From Eukaryota sp. TZLM1-RC (lineage: Eukaryota > Protista > Metamonada: BaSk clade): a stretch of 64,000 nt of DNA. The stretch lies in assembly GCA_040285825.1 (NCBI GenBank), contig JAUPSS010000004.1, forward strand, positions 4,555,784 through 4,619,783, read 5' to 3'. The stretch's first letter is position 1. Each line of letters begins with the position of its first letter. Of the stretch, positions 58,701 through 64,000 are shown piece by piece. The translations under genes were made by a program, and so were the position numbers. The notes under the pieces were generated by a model. The model saw nothing but the letters and a program-made list of their open reading frames with translations. It was not told the DNA's origin and searched no databases.

Positions 58701-61700
58701 ATTCAGGGTCCTGGGGGGTCTTCTAACTCTGACGTCTTCGTTGTAGAAGTTGATTTCCATGGGAGGGCAATCAATACCTTCAGCATGAGGCTTGAGGGTA
58801 AATACGTCTTCGAACTCTTTCAAAGTTTGAAGTAGGGACTTCTTGAAATGGTCGTTGTCGAGGTTGATGGTACAACCAGATGAGTTAATGTGTTCCAACC
58901 AACGTGTGGAAACGTTGACGACTTCTGAAGCTTGCGATATTCGATTGTCGAATTCGGCTTCAGGTAATAGTAATGTTCGACAGGCGTCGTCCATTCTAAT
59001 ATAAATGCCCTTGTTGTTCATCAGCCCAAGGTGGCTCAACAAGTCAGCACCAATGAGAATGGTCTCATGTCCAGGAACGATGCTGAACTTGTGTTTCACG
59101 TGTACAATCTGGGTAACACTACCTAGTCTAATGCTAAGGGTTCCAGAAGCAGTACCAAAGGACTGTGAGGTAGTTCCATCAGCAATCTTGTATGAAATGG
59201 TTTCGTTGGAACGTGCCATGTTACAATTACTGATGACGTCTTCCGTGACTACTGAGCATGTTGCACCAGAGTCGATTATGCCTTTAACTTCGACATTGTT
59301 GATCAAGAAGTTTAATTGTAGGCAGTTGTGATTCATGGATTGTACCATAAAAATTGTGTCAGAATCATGTCCATTTAGGTCGGCTTGTTCTGAGAAGAAG
59401 TTAGCCTGACTGTTGGGTATCTTGGTAGGTTCCAAGTTTGCAAGCGGATTGATAAGAGAATCTTTCCATGCTGAACTTTCTGTATGTGGTTGTGTTGTTG
59501 TTGTAGGGGGTATGGTTTCTAAAGTACATAAATAGTGACGGGAACGTTTATTGTAAGAAGAGCCTCTGCCTCTGCCGCGAGTACCTCTTCGAATACGGAT
59601 ACCAGAACCTCTAGAACTTCTACCTCGAGCTTGTTGTTGAGCTTGTTGCTCTCTCCATTTCTTGCTCCTTTGGCAGTTTTCACTGGGACACCTTTCGGTC
59701 GGATGGCCCTTTTGCTTACAGAAGTTGCATTGGACATCAGCGGCCTGGGAAGACGATTGTGGTAGGCTTTCTCCTCTCTTACTTTGTTTTGGGCGTTTAC
59801 CTGGACCAGAACCTCGTGGTCTGGGGATGTCAGGTGGGGAGGGAACGACCATGGGAGGTCGGCGAGAGGCCTGCTGGTGAGTTAATTGGTTCTGATAGGT
59901 GAAATCGACATGGTTCAGTTGTTCCATGAACGATCTGGCGTTACAGAAATTCTCGTATTCAATTTGAAGAACACTAAAGAATTCGCCAAGGGTGTGCCCA
60001 TCGCATGAGTAGTGGGAAGGAGAGGACCAGATCCTGAGGAGTCTGTCTCTGATAGGGATAATTCCTACGCTTTCTAGGACATGAGCAGCAACTACCCAGT
60101 CTGGAAGTCTATCAGCTGGAGGAGTGGAGCTTATGGAGAATGTTCTCAATTGTTGAGAGATGCCCCTAAACTCTTGGATGGCGGTGGAGCGAGTCAAAAC
60201 TCTGCCGATGTTGACCATGAAGTCAATCCATCTATTGCCATAATCTCTTTCCGACCAGTCCATGTTGGTTGCGAGGAGAGCTCGATTAGCCTCATCCAGT
60301 CTGCTGAATTGGGTTCTTCTTAGAATTTGAGCCCAAATGATGCGTTCGTCTCTTGAGGTAGGGACCGTGGGAGAAGAGATAGCTAGGTGAGCACCTTGGT
60401 ATCGTAGCGCATTTAACACCTCGGGGGTGACACATTCAGCGAGGCCTCGGGGGTTGATCCTCATGGCTTGACGGAACAAGTCCCATTCGTGAACTGGTTC
60501 TCCAGTGATGTTACCAAAATACTCATCGATCAATGGTTGGGAACCTTCTCTAGCTAGTTCTAATTCTTCACGTAGTCTGGCAACTTCGTTGGCTAGAGCT
60601 ATCTGAGCTGGATCCTCCATGTTACCTCTCGTTTCTCTTAGGACCCGGTCGGTACGACTCCAGAGAATGAATTTGTTGACAAACTTCAGAAGTTTATCAG
60701 CGTCTCTCAAATCAGAAGCTTCGAGATATGGACGTTTAGGACGGTCCCTACGTCTGTCATCTCGGTCTCTTGATCCAATCATTGAAGAAAGGAGAAGGCT
60801 ACTTTCGTATGTGCCCGAGAAAGGTGTATGATGTGAGGAGATGGAGGAAGTAGAACCTGTCGTGGAAGGTGTAGGTTGAGGTTGAGGAGCTCGACTAACG
60901 GGAGTGATGGGAGCAGGTACCGCATCAGAAGATGTGATGGGGGTGGGTGATTCACTGCTCACAGTGATAACATCGTCGTCAACTTGTTCCATCGCAGATT
61001 GGTTGAGATAGGAAGTTTCCATGGTGGAGAGTGAATCAGATTCCATAGGAGGTTGTGGTGATTCAGGAGGTTGCGCGGAGGAAGATGGAGCTTCACTCTG
61101 TTGAGGTTGAGCAGAGGAAGATGGAGCTTCACTCTGTTGAGGTTGAGGTGACTCTTGAACATCTTCAAATTGGGCTGGAACCTGATGAGAAGATACTGCT
61201 GGTTGTACCAAGCGAGTCTTTTCGATCCTGCCTTCAACCATTACCCATTTCAGCATTCTGGATTCTACGCCACCAGGGAATACTGTAACTTGCTGGAGGG
61301 CTCTTTGTAGATTACCAGTTCTTCTATGGTCGGGACCACAATATGATGCTATATGGTCTGGACGTCTGTCGTAAAGAAAGAGTCTTTCACCATATGTGGT
61401 TTCGGTAAACCACCACCCTGTTCTGTAATCTCTGTCGATAAGGATATCGAGAGATGCATTGTACCCAGGGCTGAACCTAGGGTATGGACAAGGGTTATGA
61501 ACATTTAAGAAGAGGTTGTCTTCATCTCCAGCGAAGCGTCTGAAAACTCCTTATCGAGTAGTTCTCATGAACCTAACTCCGGGTCTTGGGTCGTAAGTAG
61601 GTTCTGGGTCATTCCTAGAGGTTTCTGGGGCGATCCTTTCGTCGGTAAGAAATGGACCTATTCTGGGAGAGATCCATAATCCTAAGTCGTTCTCGACTTT

Positions 61701-61733
61701 GGGACCGTAGAAAGGAGGACGTTTGTTGCTCAT
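55719..61733 (-). pseudogene. Gag-Pol single reading frame with three in-frame TAA stops (61551, 57204, 55926)
   Basis: CNFCKQKGH..RC, IIDSGAT, LDLPKAF, FGLKN.P, YIDD, CDASD..EL.A..TDH..DMLSR, H..GH..C..C, D..SDNG.EF..VER, GPF, IEKVL..V.W chromodomain; all segments share one frame. Confidence 0.92.
55725..55742 (-). promoter_or_regulatory. Polypurine tract AAAGAGAGGAAAAGGCAG
   Basis: Purine run abutting the 3' LTR on the element strand. Confidence 0.85.
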
Positions 61734-62818
61734 CTCCGTGGGAGGGATGGCTTCTGGGTCCTCTGGAATGACTTGTGTATCCCCCTATATCTAGCATAAG
61801 GATTGTGCTGGCGGGAAGCACCATGATGAATACTCGAGCTAGCGTAGGAGTTAGTTTGAGAAGGGGTGTGTTTAGCAAGTGTAGAGGATGTTCCTCTTCT
61901 AGCCTGTAACTCTTTTTCCAGTCTGTTCTTGAGTTTCCAGATTCGATCTTCATGGAAGTAACGTTCTAAATATTTTTTAGAAACCTCACCAGTTTCTCTA
62001 TCAATTTCAGGAACATGTTTCGTGGGAGGAACCGGAGGTTGAGCTGTGTGAGAAAATTCCCTGGGAGGTTCCTTATAGTCAACCAGATCTGAAAATAATA
62101 GTTCACACCTTTTCCTTTGCTCTTCGGAAAGATGTGAAGGAAAATTTGGTGTGCTAGGAGTGGAATCTCTAGCCTGCTGAGGGGAAACAGACATATTGTT
62201 AACTCCTTTTACTGTTGATGTAGTAAGAGGAGATCCTGAAGTTGGGACAGCAGTATTTTGAATAGTTTTCCTAACAGTTGGAACTGCAGGGAGAAGCTGT
62301 TGAGAGTGAGAGGGTGGAACCTCAGAACTGGATGGAAGGGATGAAGATGGTACTTCAATGGCCTTCTTAGAGGAGGAAGAGGGTTGGTCTTCCAATCCTT
62401 CTTTTGCAGTGTGAGAAGGTTGAACAGTCTCTCTGCTGTGAGTAGAAGGTGAAGGTGGTACTTCAGAACTTCTTCCAGGGAGGGGAGAAGGAGGGACTTC
62501 AGATGCCCCCAATTGCGAAGGGGGAAGAGAAGCAACGGAATCCTCTACGTCCTGGTCGTCGTAGGAGACCAACGAAGGACTTCTTCCTTCCGAAGGAACG
62601 GAATCCTCTGGAAGGGAATTGTCTTCCTTTGGGGTGGAACCCTCAGGGAGAGTTGCTTCAGGAAGCGCAGAAGCTTCAACCGAAGAAGGAGGCACGGAAG
62701 CAGGGTCTGTGGTTAGTGGTGAGGAAGAGGGACCAGTCTCTTCCTCAAGGATCCTACGTTGAGCCGGGGACGACCCAATACGTATTGATGGTCTTGGTTG
62801 TTGGTTATTGTCTGACAT
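61730..62818 (-). CDS. Extra 5' ORF of the LTR element (S/P-rich, basic C-terminus), starting inside the 5' LTR
   Basis: Intact 362-aa ORF; its TGA overlaps the gag ATG (ATGA). Confidence 0.7.
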   Translation of the reverse strand: MSDNNQQPRPSIRIGSSPAQRRILEEETGPSSSPLTTDPASVPPSSVEASALPEATLPEGSTPKEDNSLPEDSVPSEGRSPSLVSYDDQDVEDSVASLPPSQLGASEVPPSPLPGRSSEVPPSPSTHSRETVQPSHTAKEGLEDQPSSSSKKAIEVPSSSLPSSSEVPPSHSQQLLPAVPTVRKTIQNTAVPTSGSPLTTSTVKGVNNMSVSPQQARDSTPSTPNFPSHLSEEQRKRCELLFSDLVDYKEPPREFSHTAQPPVPPTKHVPEIDRETGEVSKKYLERYFHEDRIWKLKNRLEKELQARRGTSSTLAKHTPSQTNSYASSSIHHGASRQHNPYARYRGIHKSFQRTQKPSLPRR

Positions 62819-62939
62819 ACAATGTGGAGTAACAGAAGTGTAATTTATTACGAAGAGGAATTGTATTCTCTCTTCTTAAGCTAACAGGCGGAATACTAAT
62901 AACTAAACTATTAACTATAAATACTATTCAAGACTAACA
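62786..62939 (-). repeat. 5' LTR
   Basis: Direct repeat of 55571-55724. Confidence 0.97.
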
Positions 62940-64000
62940 ATTGGGTAACGAACTTGGCTACAAGAAACATCTCGTTCCCATTGCAGTGGTCCATTGGTGA
63001 TCATCATGTAGAAGGCCGTAAATGTTGGAAATTTGGGAGATTCAAAAACTTGAGCAACTGTCTTCAAGATCAATCAAAAAGTTTGCAAAAACAGGATTTC
63101 TTTTTTTAGCCAAGCTAAGACGTATACTGTAATCCAAGTTTTCTAAAACTTTTAAGATTTTTTTCTGCAATTTTGCAAAAGTCAGTGGTAAGGAGAGCAA
63201 GCTTCTTGGAGGAAGCTCCATAATATCAGAGGGCAAACATTTAGAGTCAAATATTTGGTGAAAGAGTTTCAATTTCCTAGTGCAAAGAAATAAGATAAGA
63301 GCTGCAACAGTTTTCAATGAGATCAATTTTTTCTGAAAAGAGATTCACAAATTCTTAAATAAAATTTTTACCACATCCAATGAAGGCAGCTTTACAAAGG
63401 TAACTTACTTTATGAAAATCAACACCACCAAAATTCGTACCACAAAAAAGGTGGCTTCGTAGCTGAGATGCATTAATTTCCAATAATTTTGCTCAAAAAT
63501 TGGTTCTTTGTTCATTTAAAAATTCGACAAATTTCCAAAGCAATTGATGGTGATGTTGCTCTCAAAATATGAGTAAAATTTTCCAGAATAACAAATTTTT
63601 AAGACTAGTATTTGAAATGTTTTTCAATATTTAAATTTTCTGTTGATTCTAATTCATTTCCAAATTGAGTCAACAGAATGTGCTCATTTCACAGTATCTC
63701 CAGATTTGGAATCTCTTCCTCAACTATTAATCAAAATTTATTTCACGCAATTTAAACATAGTTAGAATGAACTGAATTCTGTTTATGATTCGCTCCACTG
63801 GTCACAAAAAGTTGCTATTTCTGCTATCTGTACAACGTTGAACTAGGATTGATAATATTGATATCCGTAATGTCTATACAATATGAATTCACAAAAGGTT
63901 GAGAAATATGAGAAACTATTTGCGTTATAAGTAATAGCATTTTGAACCAAAGTTTTTGTATACACATAGTTTCTGCTCTAGGTTCAATTTCAAGTTGAAC

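Larger units (their letters stand above)
55571..62939 (-). mobile_element. Full-length Ty3/gypsy LTR retrotransposon with chromodomain integrase
   Basis: 154-bp TG...CA LTRs, 4-bp TSD ATTG (55567-55570 and 62940-62943), PPT, and gag CCHC-PR-RT-RH-IN-chromo order. Confidence 0.97.
54873..63660 (-). mobile_element. Degenerate CRE-like element split by the LTR retrotransposon (pieces 54873-55570 and 62940-~63660)
   Basis: The two halves rejoin as ...PSSLPN|DLICRCK...HDSVR at the ATTG TSD. Confidence 0.85.

Noticed and set aside
55926-61553. Three in-frame TAA codons in gag-pol, suggesting TAA reassignment or programmed readthrough
   Set aside because: Host genes terminate at TAA/TAG at conserved ends (centrin, Ies6, DCAF13). 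With 2/154 LTR divergence, a few nonsense mutations over 6 kb are expected.
91-63326. Numerous 60-160 aa antisense or overlapping ORFs in the track
   Set aside because: Shadows of real genes or TEs, with no motifs.

Overview
Gene-dense, AT-rich eukaryotic DNA using the standard code, with rare 28-33 nt introns. It comes from a flagellated protist (centrin, outer-dynein-arm docking protein); a metamonad-like origin is only an impression. About 24 host genes are present (Nup160, Rad9, Rad1, DCAF13, Ies6, Trm5-like, TAF1C-like, ODA-DC2, centrin, SWI3, CBP20 fragment, Rap1-like Myb, MON1, SYS1, ASCC1, lipin, others), interleaved with transposons. The transposons are many CRE-like non-LTR retroelement pieces (two with TSDs), a deleted MULE with a 9-bp TSD, a full-length Ty3/gypsy chromodomain LTR element with an extra 5' ORF, and six decayed Fanzor1 (eukaryotic TnpB) copies from three families. 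The main observation: all six Fanzor copies point into a host gene on the same strand, with their 3' (omegaRNA) end about 12-145 nt upstream of that gene's ATG. Five end at TTGA(T)C, mostly closing a palindrome or hairpin. Their putative guides would therefore be host 5'UTR/start-codon sequence. One family has RuvC-III D->N in both copies. All calls come from motif recognition by eye; no searches were run.
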